Source of the DNA: a virus
DNA length: 64,000 bases
Reading direction: 5' to 3' (one strand)
Virus record (IMG/VR): IMGVR_UViG_3300045988_149288
Below the pieces are notes generated by a model. That model had not been told where the DNA came from. It did no database searches and saw nothing but the letters and a program-made list of their open reading frames with translations. This document shows, piece by piece, positions 55,408 to 64,000 of the stretch; within the stretch, counting starts at the first letter, position 1, and every line of letters starts with the position of its first letter. The position numbers and the translations under genes were made by a program.

Positions 55408-55986
55408 TTAATCCAGCTTTTTAAGAGTTTTAATCACTTGCAAATTTTTCTTTGCCATTGCACAAACATATTCTTTATATTTTGTGTAATCTTCTTCAGT
55501 TACGATATTAGATAAACCGTCAACCAATAAGAAGAAAGTATCGACCTTTTCAGGTTCAGTATCTGCGAAGATTTGGATAAATGGAGTTTCCTGTGTAGCA
55601 CGAGCATAATAGTATTTTGCACTATGCTTCTTGCTGACAAATCCGGTCTTGTGACGGATAGTCAAATACAGCTTATTCTGTTTATCTTCTTTCTTCGAAG
55701 CCGAGATATTGTAATTCAGAACGACCGGATGTTCAGAATCTTTCTTACGAATATGAATAGACGAAATTTTGTTTTCGACATACGTATTCTGAATTATTGG
55801 TTGTTCGATTTCGTGATAAACGATTTCATAGCCTCTTGAAGTGATGAGATTTTCAAGAGTTTCGGCGTCTGCCTGATTTTTCGTAAAAATACCTTTATAC
55901 CGTTCAATGGAACGGTCACGCATATCATTGTAGTATTTCTTGATACGCTCAATATTGTCATCTATGATACTTGAAAAACGTGCCAT
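55408..55986 (-). CDS. hypothetical protein (paralog of 55988..56584)
   Basis: GYEIVYHEIE...ISSIHIRKKD...LYLTIRHK vs GYKIIGYSMF...VSLVIQKGDG...YYMTLRGK. Confidence 0.35.
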   Translation of the reverse strand: MARFSSIIDDNIERIKKYYNDMRDRSIERYKGIFTKNQADAETLENLITSRGYEIVYHEIEQPIIQNTYVENKISSIHIRKKDSEHPVVLNYNISASKKEDKQNKLYLTIRHKTGFVSKKHSAKYYYARATQETPFIQIFADTEPEKVDTFFLLVDGLSNIVTEEDYTKYKEYVCAMAKKNLQVIKTLKKLD

Positions 55987-55987
55987 A

Positions 55988-56584
55988 CTAATCCAATGAG
56001 TTAAGAAGGTTTAAAGTTTTCATGTCTTCACGAGCCTTAAAACAGATACCTTGAGAATAATGTTCAGAACTCTGAGTTTGACGAACTTCTTCCATACCGT
56101 TCAGCAACGTAAAGAAAATATCCTTCAATTCGCGACAACTGTCTACACGAATATGACAACGCGGGCGAGCATTCATCGCATTCAGCATTACTAGTTCCTG
56201 TTCTGCCCAATCATCGCTATATTCCTTGTTATACATAGTCTCGTCAAACTTTCCGCGTAACGTCATGTAATAACGACCAGTCTTTTTCTTATTGTTACTG
56301 GCAATATCGACATGATGCTTGATTCCGTCGCCCTTTTGGATAACAAGAGAAACACGGTTAGATTCGAAATTAAACATTGAATAACCGATAATCTTATAAC
56401 CGTATTCTGCCAACATGTCGTTGAAGCGAATAATCTGTTCCTTGTAGATTGCTTCAAGTTCTACGCTTCTAACACGTTTTGATTCGATGACAGCCCGAAG
56501 AGACTGGATCTGCTTTTCGAGTTTTTCTTCATCGCGATGAAATGCGGCATTGACTGAATCTAAGAAATTATTATACATGACCAT
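55988..56584 (-). CDS. hypothetical protein (paralog of 55408..55986)
   Basis: see above. Confidence 0.35.
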   Translation of the reverse strand: MVMYNNFLDSVNAAFHRDEEKLEKQIQSLRAVIESKRVRSVELEAIYKEQIIRFNDMLAEYGYKIIGYSMFNFESNRVSLVIQKGDGIKHHVDIASNNKKKTGRYYMTLRGKFDETMYNKEYSDDWAEQELVMLNAMNARPRCHIRVDSCRELKDIFFTLLNGMEEVRQTQSSEHYSQGICFKAREDMKTLNLLNSLD

Positions 56585-56593
56585 AATATAATA

Positions 56594-56625
56594 AAAAGGC
56601 TGACTTTCGTCAACCTTTTTTATTT
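56594..56625. terminator. terminator (GTCAACC family)
   Basis: aaaaaggctgactttcgtcaaccttttttatttt. Confidence 0.55.
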
Positions 56626-56641
56626 TAACTATTACAGTGTG

Positions 56642-58195
56642 TTAATTTTGTTTCAAAGTTACATTAATTTCATAACCCTTACCGTACTTATAGTTAGGAA
56701 TATACTTAGTAATGAATTCTTCGAAATATTCCTTATTTTCCGGATAAGTAAGGTTATAAGTATTACCGTCCATATCTTCTTCAGCTAGGTCGTAATTCAA
56801 TTCTTTACTACAGAACTTAGTCCAGTTTTCCGGAGTTCCTGTAATCTTGAGAGCCCAGGTTCTTTCGGAATATGTGGTAAAATAAGTAATATAGTTGGAA
56901 TTTTCACCATACGGACCATAGTGACCCCAGTCTGCAACCGGTTCTTCATCAACATCCTGAGAAACAGTAGCCTGTGTATGCTGTTCAGAAACATTCAAAC
57001 CGAAATCGGCAAAGAAATCCTTGATAGCAGCAGTATCTACCCATGTCCAAGATTTACTAGAATCAAAATCGGCCTTTCTGTGAATCATACCAATGGTAGT
57101 GCTACCCATTTGTTGAGCATCCTTACCGAGTGCATTAGCTTCAGCACGTTTTTTCATAGCACGCTGAAGCATTTCCTTACGGGTTTCAGCAGTCTCCTTC
57201 GGAGCTTCTTCACCCTTCTTAGGTCTGTAATCTTCAAGACCATAGGCCTTTGCATTCATGTGATATGTTCTACGGCCTTCCGGTGTACGATTGTCAGCAG
57301 CCTTTGTTGTTTCGTGCTTGATGTAAGTATTGACAATGAGAGTAATTTCGTTAGTCGCTTCGTTGAGAACCGCTTCATAGCCGAGACGCTTGAGGGTTTC
57401 GAGAGCTTCTTCAACCTTGTTCTTATCTTTCTTGTTCTTCTTAGCCCAGAACGGCATCCACTTAGCCTTCTTGTTATTCTTCTTCTTACCGCCACAGCAA
57501 CAGCTTTCGCCGATTTCGAGATTCATTTCCGGATCTATGTAATCGCCAGTAGCGAGACCATCTTCGCCTTCCTTAGCAACAACTTCTTCCGGAGTACCAA
57601 ACTTAGCAACCATGTCGTCGTAAGAAATGGAAGAAAGGAATTCTTCAACTTCTTCCTGATTATCGAAACGATTGATGTCGCCAGTATAGTCAACAGCGAA
57701 GTCAAGCCAAGACATATCCTGTCCGTCAAGTTCACCGTATTCCATACACCAGTCGAAACCGGTTTTTCCGGAATTGTCGCATGAACCACCGGCACAAGAA
57801 GCAGCACCGCATTCATTTACGGACTGTTCATCCTGGACTGCCTGTTCAGGTGTACCGAAGAGTTTAACGAAATCATCATAAGAAGATTCGTCAAGCCAAA
57901 CAGGAACTTCGGTTTCCATCATAGAATCTTCCCAGAGAGCGTCATCACTGTCGAAAGGATAATTCAAATCTTGCAAGCCGTTATAAGGAAGAGAGTCTTT
58001 CCAAAGCTGAAAAACTCCGTCCTTACCGCCGAGTGCTTCGTATTTGTTAAACCAATCACGACCGGTCATATTGGAAGTATCACAAGAACTGTCTCCGCAT
58101 TCATTTACGAAATTATTACGGAAAGAACGGAATTCATCTCTGAACTTCACTGATTCTGGAAGAATCGCATAATTTTGTTTATCGTGAGAATACAT
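56642..58195 (-). CDS. hypothetical protein with duplicated Cys-rich acidic domain and Lys-rich segment
   Basis: Two ~95-aa internal repeats (NECGDSSCDTSNMTGRDWF... / NECGAASCAGGSCDNSGKTGFDW...), CCCGGKKKNNKK stretch. Confidence 0.4.
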   Translation of the reverse strand: MYSHDKQNYAILPESVKFRDEFRSFRNNFVNECGDSSCDTSNMTGRDWFNKYEALGGKDGVFQLWKDSLPYNGLQDLNYPFDSDDALWEDSMMETEVPVWLDESSYDDFVKLFGTPEQAVQDEQSVNECGAASCAGGSCDNSGKTGFDWCMEYGELDGQDMSWLDFAVDYTGDINRFDNQEEVEEFLSSISYDDMVAKFGTPEEVVAKEGEDGLATGDYIDPEMNLEIGESCCCGGKKKNNKKAKWMPFWAKKNKKDKNKVEEALETLKRLGYEAVLNEATNEITLIVNTYIKHETTKAADNRTPEGRRTYHMNAKAYGLEDYRPKKGEEAPKETAETRKEMLQRAMKKRAEANALGKDAQQMGSTTIGMIHRKADFDSSKSWTWVDTAAIKDFFADFGLNVSEQHTQATVSQDVDEEPVADWGHYGPYGENSNYITYFTTYSERTWALKITGTPENWTKFCSKELNYDLAEEDMDGNTYNLTYPENKEYFEEFITKYIPNYKYGKGYEINVTLKQN

Positions 58196-58214
58196 TTAAC
58201 CCCTCCTAATAAAA

Positions 58215-58592
58215 TTAAGCGGTGAATGTGTTCTTTGCGTTAGAAATGTCAACACCGATATGACGGAAGAGGTCAACCATAGTACCACCAGCGTTAAGAC
58301 CAATTTTCTGGTCAACGAAGTTTTCGTACTTGGCCTTAGCGTCAATAGAATCGAACTGGTCTTCGGAAACGACCTGATTCTTGGCGTAGTCAACGATAGC
58401 CTGGACGAGATCTTGAGCAAGGTTCTTGAAACCTTCCTTGAGGTCGCCGTTCTTCACGTACTGAGCAATAATGCTAGCAGCACCGCTCATCGGAGCTTCA
58501 GAAGGCTGAGCCTGAGGAGCAGCAGCAAGAGCAGCTTCTTCGTCGAGCTTCTGGCGCATATAGGTCTTGAAATCTACATCTTTAATATCCAT
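58215..58592 (-). CDS. hypothetical protein
   Basis: 125-aa ORF. Confidence 0.35.
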   Translation of the reverse strand: MDIKDVDFKTYMRQKLDEEAALAAAPQAQPSEAPMSGAASIIAQYVKNGDLKEGFKNLAQDLVQAIVDYAKNQVVSEDQFDSIDAKAKYENFVDQKIGLNAGGTMVDLFRHIGVDISNAKNTFTA

Positions 58593-58619
58593 AATTGTTT
58601 CTCCTAAATTTTTTATTAT

Positions 58620-58970
58620 TTATAGTTCCTTGGCCAGTTCCTTAACTGCGTCCTTGTATTTCTTTATCAGAATACGAGTTTCTGCACCGACTTCAAGAAG
58701 CGGTTTTCCAGCCTTGTAAACACGCTTGTTGGCTTTCATCAAAGACTTGATTTTTCCCTTGTTCTTACTTCCAGTAAGAGTGAACGTTACTTCACCTCCC
58801 TTAGAAACGGTAATAGAACCGATTTCACCGGTTTCATCGGAGCAAGTCATTGAATTGTCAACGATTTTAATCTTGGAATCGCTATAAAAACTGTACTTGA
58901 ATCCAGCCTTTGTAAGAATATCCAAGATTTTGTTTAATTTTGGGTCAATTTCTTTAAAATCTCTAGTCAT
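58620..58970 (-). CDS. hypothetical protein
   Basis: 116-aa ORF; TTTTATAAATAATAT immediately upstream. Confidence 0.35.
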   Translation of the reverse strand: MTRDFKEIDPKLNKILDILTKAGFKYSFYSDSKIKIVDNSMTCSDETGEIGSITVSKGGEVTFTLTGSKNKGKIKSLMKANKRVYKAGKPLLEVGAETRILIKKYKDAVKELAKEL

Positions 58971-58987
58971 ATATTATTTATAAAACC

Positions 58988-59503
58988 TTAGTAAAATTTG
59001 GCATTTTTATAGATGTAGAAATCGACGTCAAAATCGTCACCTTCTTGACCATGTGCTTCGCCGGTCTTTTCCTTTTTCCACTTGGTTTCGTCAATTTCAG
59101 GGAAGAACACATCTGCTTCCGGAAATTCCTGATTAACGTCTGTAACATAGAGATAGTCTACACAGCCCGTATTCATCATCTGGCGATAGATTGTCGCACC
59201 GCCAATAATGAATACTTCTCGTTCGTTTCGTGAGGCCACGTAGTCCATTGCGAGCTGTAATGTGGGTTTTACGACGCATCCTTCAGCCTTGAAGTCAGGA
59301 TTGCTGGAAACTACAACATTTGTTCGATTCGGAAGTGCTTTTCCGATAGATTCAAAACAGCGACGACCCATAATGACACAGTGTCCACTGGTAATTTCCT
59401 TGAAATGCTTCAAGTCAGATTTAATATGCCAAGGCATACAATTTTTGGAACTAATACCGATTTCGTTATTTCGTCCCTTAGCTACAATTAAACTTATTTT
59501 CAT
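58988..59503 (-). CDS. frd: dihydrofolate reductase
   Basis: ISLIVA...NEIG...MPWHIKSDLKHFK...VIMGRRCFESIG...PNRTNVVVS. Confidence 0.85.
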   Translation of the reverse strand: MKISLIVAKGRNNEIGISSKNCMPWHIKSDLKHFKEITSGHCVIMGRRCFESIGKALPNRTNVVVSSNPDFKAEGCVVKPTLQLAMDYVASRNEREVFIIGGATIYRQMMNTGCVDYLYVTDVNQEFPEADVFFPEIDETKWKKEKTGEAHGQEGDDFDVDFYIYKNAKFY

Positions 59504-59513
59504 AATTTAGTCC

Positions 59514-59945
59514 TTATAAAAGTTCTTCAAATTCGGACATATCTAGTTGACGTTCTTTATACATCTTTCGACTTTCACGAATTTTGATTTTGCGTTTTTC
59601 AGTTTCTTTCATTTTTATATACTGATGAGCATTAACGTGTCTATAACAATATTTTAGACATTTGCCCATTTTAATAAGCAATAAATGACAGATATGGTGT
59701 TCTTTCGGAGAAAGTTCAATTTTATTTTCTTTCTTATTGCTTCCGCCTTCGGACCTGGGTATGATGTGGTGGTTTTCGATTTGACCCATTAATAATCTGT
59801 TTTTTGCTCGCTCGATTATCTTATTATAGATTTTTTCGTAATCCAAACTAATATCCCTTGTTGGTAATTGTAGACAGTTCTCTGAGAGCATCTTTCTGAA
59901 TGTTGTTTGACATAAAGAAATCCGATGGTAAACCCAGTATTTCAC
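59514..59945 (-). CDS. HNH homing endonuclease
   Basis: NHHIIPRSEGGSNKKENKIELSPKEHHICH (H-N-H); located immediately downstream of frd. Confidence 0.75.
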   Translation of the reverse strand: MKYWVYHRISLCQTTFRKMLSENCLQLPTRDISLDYEKIYNKIIERAKNRLLMGQIENHHIIPRSEGGSNKKENKIELSPKEHHICHLLLIKMGKCLKYCYRHVNAHQYIKMKETEKRKIKIRESRKMYKERQLDMSEFEELL

Positions 59946-60309
59946 CTATATAATCATTTTTGATTCGATAACAGCTTCTGACTCTCTCCTTTCTGTACAT
60001 TTTCAGGCCATAGCCAATATCTGAAAAACATCTATTGAGTTCATAACCATTAAAAATGCAAGGAACATCCTTATCCATAATATTCTTCATTTTCTGCATA
60101 TTAGTAAGTATCTTTTTAATAATGTCGGTATTGAAGTAATGAAAGTTTATACCAGCAAACAAAGATTCCATCGGAGGTGCATAGGCACAGTAGATAACTG
60201 GAGATTTATCTGTTCCGACAATATTCTTAGCCTGATAGTTAAACGTATAAAAATAGCCAGCTATTACCTGACTAGTATATTCAAGTGCTTCATTAGTATC
60301 AACTGCCAT
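59848..60309 (-). CDS. hypothetical protein
   Basis: 153-aa ORF overlapping HNH gene start by ~100 nt. Confidence 0.35.
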   Translation of the reverse strand: MAVDTNEALEYTSQVIAGYFYTFNYQAKNIVGTDKSPVIYCAYAPPMESLFAGINFHYFNTDIIKKILTNMQKMKNIMDKDVPCIFNGYELNRCFSDIGYGLKMYRKERVRSCYRIKNDYIGEILGLPSDFFMSNNIQKDALRELSTITNKGY

Positions 60310-60351
60310 ACGTTATTTATGTTAATATAGCTTAATTTAAAGGAAAACAAA

Positions 60352-60382
60352 CAAAAAACTCAGTAAGAATACTGAGTTTTTG
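60352..60382. terminator. terminator
   Basis: aaaaaactcagtaagaatactgagtttttg. Confidence 0.6.
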
Positions 60383-60404
60383 AATATAAAGGATTGTTTG
60401 TCTA

Positions 60405-61286
60405 TTACTTCTTGAGAGCGGCTTCGCGGAGTTCCTTCTTGGCTTCTTCGATACGCTTTCTGATCTTTGCATTGATAGCAGTCATAATCGGTTCAAAGAG
60501 CAAGTCAAAACGGGATTCGTTGAGCTTACCAATGAGGTAGTCGCTCTTAGCGTTCAAGTAACGACCCTTACGGTGCCAGTAGTTGTAGGCTTCAGACTTA
60601 GTAGAGTCGTCTTCGGAAGTATCTTCCTCACCTTCGCCTTCAGAACCTTCTTCAGATTCGCCTTCACCTTCAGTACCCTCTTCAGATTCACCTTCACCAC
60701 CTTCTTCGCCTTCGCCTTCGGTACCTTCTTCAGATTCACCTTCGCCTTCAGCGCCGTTATCTTCGTCACCAAGTTCAGCGTCTCCGAAATCTTCGGTGCT
60801 GGCTTCTTCAGATTCGCCTTCACCTTCGCCTTCTTCGGAACCTTCTTCATTGTTGTTTCCAAGGTTTTCTACCTTGTCAGACAAAGTTTGAATTGCGGTT
60901 GTAAGAGTGGAGAGGAGGTCCTTAAGTTCGGTTGTTACACCGGCTTCAGCTTCCTTGGCAGCGCCATCGTCTTCTTCGCCTTCACCCTTGAAATCTTCGA
61001 GGTTGTCGGTATTTTCTTCTTCTTCTTCGCCTTCGGTAGAAGTTTCGTCATCGGACTGAGATTCGTCGTCAGAACCCTCTTCACCTTCAGCACCTTCTTC
61101 TGGTTCTTCAGAAATATCAAGATCTGAATTCTTTTCATCCTCGTTAGAAAGTTCTTCGAGGTTTTCTTCACCAGTAGAATCATCGGAAGTTACCGGCTTT
61201 TCTTCGTCACCGTCCAAGAAGCCTTCATTGAGGCCCTTCTTGTTGGCACGCTTCCATTCTTCAAAAATTTGCTGTTCGTTTTTCAT
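60405..61286 (-). CDS. hyper-acidic Glu/Gly/Ser repeat protein
   Basis: EGEGESEEGTEGEGEEGGEGESEEG tandem repeats; basic helical C-tail. Confidence 0.45.
   Translation of the reverse strand: MKNEQQIFEEWKRANKKGLNEGFLDGDEEKPVTSDDSTGEENLEELSNEDEKNSDLDISEEPEEGAEGEEGSDDESQSDDETSTEGEEEEENTDNLEDFKGEGEEDDGAAKEAEAGVTTELKDLLSTLTTAIQTLSDKVENLGNNNEEGSEEGEGEGESEEASTEDFGDAELGDEDNGAEGEGESEEGTEGEGEEGGEGESEEGTEGEGESEEGSEGEGEEDTSEDDSTKSEAYNYWHRKGRYLNAKSDYLIGKLNESRFDLLFEPIMTAINAKIRKRIEEAKKELREAALKK
60590..60870. repeat. tandem nucleotide repeats (ccttc(a/g)ccttc...ttcagattc units) encoding E/G/S repeats
   Basis: visible periodic repeat in sequence. Confidence 0.6.
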
Positions 61287-61346
61287 ATTTTTAAATCCTC
61301 TATATTCTTATTTATAAAATTTTTAAAAAGGCTCGTTTTTGCAAAA

Positions 61347-61751
61347 TTAAAGGGTATTTCTAAATGTTAACATTTCTGGAGAATTATACATTTCATCAAA
61401 TTTCTTGGTAAGTTCAACACACTTTAAGAAACTTGTCGTGTTATTAGTGATAATATCACGGAAATCCCTATAATATTCGTCAAGAGTAGTCTTGTAGTTC
61501 TTGCTGAGCTTGAACATATCCAGAACTGCAGCACTCTTGAATTCCTTCTTGAGTTGCTTGATTGTAGCTGGGGTAAGGGTCTTGATATAACGTTCAACAG
61601 TATCAACCGCAGCCTTAAGAACGACGTCAGCCTTGATTTCTTTCTTATCAGCACATGTGATAAGACGAGGACTGATGAGAGTATAAATCAACGGATTGTT
61701 TTCCATCGAACTAAACTCTGCAGATTCATTCATTAAATAGTCTCTTAACAT
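61347..61751 (-). CDS. hypothetical protein
   Basis: 134-aa ORF. Confidence 0.35.
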   Translation of the reverse strand: MLRDYLMNESAEFSSMENNPLIYTLISPRLITCADKKEIKADVVLKAAVDTVERYIKTLTPATIKQLKKEFKSAAVLDMFKLSKNYKTTLDEYYRDFRDIITNNTTSFLKCVELTKKFDEMYNSPEMLTFRNTL

Positions 61752-61775
61752 ATTGTTTTCCTTTTGACTTGTCTT

Positions 61776-62591
61776 TTAATTATTTATTGCCTTCTCCAAC
61801 TTAGTTATACGCTTCTTTATGTCAGTAACTACATTATTTGCGATAGTTTGAGCAGCTTCTGCATCTTCAAGAGCGGTTACTCTTTCGTCAAGTGCTGTAA
61901 TTCTTGTACTTAGGTCATGAACACTTTCCTTTAATTCGGCAATATAATTCATGACTACATCGCATTCTTTATTGGTAACTAGGGTATACGGATAACTATT
62001 TGGATTTTCTGGGTCATCAGCAGACGGTTCATAAGTAACTGATAAAACTTTTTCAAATGCCAATTCGCCGATTGGATTAAATCTTAAAACATGGTCCTTT
62101 GTACCGTTTCCAACGAAATATGTCGGATCTGCATAAACTTCCTTGAGGCATGCACTAGTTGCCGAATAATATGCCTTTTTCGCAACTTGAGCAGAAATCG
62201 CAGAAAGTTTACTGTAAATATCCGGCACTGAACTGGCAGCACTTGTCCAATTTTCCCAGTTCTCTCCAACAACCCATGCTGCAGAAAGCATTTCAGAAAT
62301 TCCAGAGAGAGCACTTAATCCACTAAAATCGTTGATATTCAATGCTGTAAAACCAAGTACAGCAGAAATCGAATTCCACATGTTAATGTCTTCGTAGGTC
62401 ACGCAAACGCATTCGTCAGCGGACGGAGGACAACAAGGAGCATTCCAAGGAACCAGTGCTGCAGGTTCGGAATCGTTCCAATGATGCCAGTAACGATAAT
62501 GAGGCCAGTCCGGATGAACATTTGGACCTGGCCAATCCGGTCCGTAAGGACGCGGAGGATAGGGTGGATATGGTGGATAACCGTTATTCAT
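61776..62591 (-). CDS. Pro/Tyr/Trp-rich N-terminus + coiled-coil C-terminus protein
   Basis: GYPPYPPYPPRPYGPDWPGPNVHPDWPHYRYWHHW; TATAAATATAAT immediately upstream. Confidence 0.4.
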   Translation of the reverse strand: MNNGYPPYPPYPPRPYGPDWPGPNVHPDWPHYRYWHHWNDSEPAALVPWNAPCCPPSADECVCVTYEDINMWNSISAVLGFTALNINDFSGLSALSGISEMLSAAWVVGENWENWTSAASSVPDIYSKLSAISAQVAKKAYYSATSACLKEVYADPTYFVGNGTKDHVLRFNPIGELAFEKVLSVTYEPSADDPENPNSYPYTLVTNKECDVVMNYIAELKESVHDLSTRITALDERVTALEDAEAAQTIANNVVTDIKKRITKLEKAINN

Positions 62592-62605
62592 ATTATATTT
62601 ATAAA

Positions 62606-62640
62606 TTTTGAAAACACCCTAAATTTTGGGTGTTTCAAAA
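62606..62640. terminator. terminator
   Basis: aaaacaccctaaattttgggtgtttcaaaaaa. Confidence 0.6.
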
Positions 62641-62662
62641 AATTTTTATATAAAGTATTTGA

Positions 62663-63028
62663 TTAGAGATACTTGGAAGCGATGTCCATAGAATAATCAA
62701 ATGCAGACTTGCGTGGTGCTTCAGCTGGTGCAGCAGGGGTGGCAGAAGTTTCAGTACCAGTCGAAACCGGTGCTTCAGCCGGTTTTGCAGCAGGTGTAGC
62801 CGGAGCTTCAGCTGGCTTAGCGGCAGGAGCCTGAGCTGGCTTAGCAGCAGGAGCAGGAGCCGGAGCAGGCTCATCAGCCTTACGAACATTATAACCAGCA
62901 GCCATTGCGATATTGCGTGCCTGTTCTACCTCATCCTTCGGAAGTTCAACGGTATAACCGTTATTACGAACCATACGCTTTGCTCTGATAATATCTTCAA
63001 CACTGTAATCACTCATATTTTTCCTCAC
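62663..63028 (-). CDS. protein with AKPAEAPA-type Ala/Pro repeats
   Basis: C-terminal PAPAPAPAAKPAQAPAAKPAEAPATPAAKPAEAP; DNA-level repeats 62740-62880. Confidence 0.4.
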   Translation of the reverse strand: MRKNMSDYSVEDIIRAKRMVRNNGYTVELPKDEVEQARNIAMAAGYNVRKADEPAPAPAPAAKPAQAPAAKPAEAPATPAAKPAEAPVSTGTETSATPAAPAEAPRKSAFDYSMDIASKYL

Positions 63029-63055
63029 TATGTTTTGAATGTTATAACTTATTTA

Positions 63056-63973
63056 TTAAATTTTTACTGTGCCATATTTCTTGGCAGTATCATCATTCTT
63101 CGCCCATGCATTTAGAGTTCTCCAAATTTTTTCGCAACGTTGTGCAATTTGAGAATTCGGTTCCTGAATGATTTTGATTGCTGTTTGTGTAACAGAAAGG
63201 AATTCGTCTGTTTCACGGTCATAAAGAACAGAATTACTTCCAGTATCATCACTGAAATATTCTACTTCAATAGGTTCTTCAAGCGGGTCAGGGAAGATTT
63301 GAACTAAATCACAACCCTGTCTCATATATACATTTCCTTCGGCGTCGACTTCAAGACCATCCGCAAGTTCCTCAGTAGTAAACAATTCTTTATTTACACT
63401 CTTGTCTCTATCCCAAGCAGCTTGAATAGCGTCTTTCTTCTGAGAAAAGTATTTAACCATTTTATTCTTACGCCAAGTGTCCTTGCTCTTAAATTTTGTC
63501 CAACTAAACTTACCGTCTTCGGTAGTCACGTCAGCCCAGGAAATACCACCCGGGAAAATATTTTTGGAAAGGTCATAGGCATTATTTGCCTTGCTCAATT
63601 CATCCGGATTTACGATAACATCACATATCGTATCAATATCATTTACGGCGTCATTAATCATAACTGTATTTCCTTCGATTGCGCCGTAAGTGCTATTCTT
63701 GTATTCTGGATCTACATACCAAGTATCACCACTCTTCGTAATATGCATTGTAGCACAAGCATTCTTGTAGTAATTACTAGAAGTAGCAATAGATGAACAG
63801 GTTTCTTCGGAATCAATAACGCAGTTAAACAAACCTTCGATTTTGTTAAGATAATCGACAATACCGGTACTAAATGTCCATTCGAGATACTGTTCCAAAT
63901 ATTTTTTAATAGCATCGATTTTCTTGTTGACCAATTCACGGTTAACAAGAAGTTGCTTTTTCAAGCCGAGCAA
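63056..63973 (-). CDS. hypothetical protein
   Basis: 305-aa ORF. Confidence 0.35.
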   Translation of the reverse strand: MLGLKKQLLVNRELVNKKIDAIKKYLEQYLEWTFSTGIVDYLNKIEGLFNCVIDSEETCSSIATSSNYYKNACATMHITKSGDTWYVDPEYKNSTYGAIEGNTVMINDAVNDIDTICDVIVNPDELSKANNAYDLSKNIFPGGISWADVTTEDGKFSWTKFKSKDTWRKNKMVKYFSQKKDAIQAAWDRDKSVNKELFTTEELADGLEVDAEGNVYMRQGCDLVQIFPDPLEEPIEVEYFSDDTGSNSVLYDRETDEFLSVTQTAIKIIQEPNSQIAQRCEKIWRTLNAWAKNDDTAKKYGTVKI

Positions 63974-64000
63974 AATCTGTTTAATTGTTTCAACACCAAA

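Noticed and set aside
56921-57784. 287-aa plus-strand ORF
   Set aside because: Antisense to 56642..58195; low-complexity S/L/F-rich translation.
1-64000. CRISPR arrays, rRNA and tRNA genes
   Set aside because: No direct-repeat/spacer periodicity seen; ORF-free intervals (18122-18340, 25817-26177, 43230-43760) were inspected for GTTCGAATC/GTTCAAATC T-loop signatures and acceptor stems on both strands, with none convincing.
1-64000. Alternative genetic code (stop-codon reassignment)
   Set aside because: Long uninterrupted ORFs with intact catalytic motifs in the standard code; the only split genes (DNA pol, LigA, MTase) are separated by frame changes or by kilobases, not by in-frame stops.

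Overview
This window is a 64-kb segment of a T4-like (Tevenvirinae-like) virulent phage genome, covering the DNA-metabolism, early and accessory region. Almost all genes are on the minus strand; only two CDS are on the plus strand. The T4-like assignment rests on recognisable core genes: a UvsX recombinase, a family-B DNA polymerase split into two translationally coupled cistrons (as in the 43A/43B arrangement of Aeromonas T4-like phages), RNase H/FEN, dCMP deaminase, DHFR, RNA ligase 1 with a polynucleotide-kinase-like kinase, NMNAT-Nudix, GroES-like co-chaperonins and several homing-endonuclease genes. Around these sit unusual accessory genes: an NAD-dependent DNA ligase split into two genes about 27 kb apart, a CCA-adding enzyme, an IF-1 homolog, SpoVG, a ClpP-like protease, a patatin-like phospholipase, a bactofilin-like protein, an M16 peptidase, an MFS transporter, and a membrane cluster with a full-length flotillin and LemA. 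An AT-rich mobile region (about 48.0-54.2 kb) holds two paralogous PD-(D/E)xK homing-endonuclease-like genes, the MFS transporter, and a gamma-class N6-adenine methyltransferase whose gene is interrupted between motifs III and IV by three tandem paralogous small genes. Two recurring upstream motif classes are visible: TTTACTATATTTG-like (resembling the Bacteroidetes -7 box TAnnTTTG) and T4-late-like TATAAATA. A conserved 'hairpin terminator + TATAAATA + RBS-sequestering inverted repeat' cassette occurs four times at the 5' flank of mobile genes. Numerous bidirectional rho-independent terminators are present. No rRNA, CRISPR array or convincing tRNA was found.
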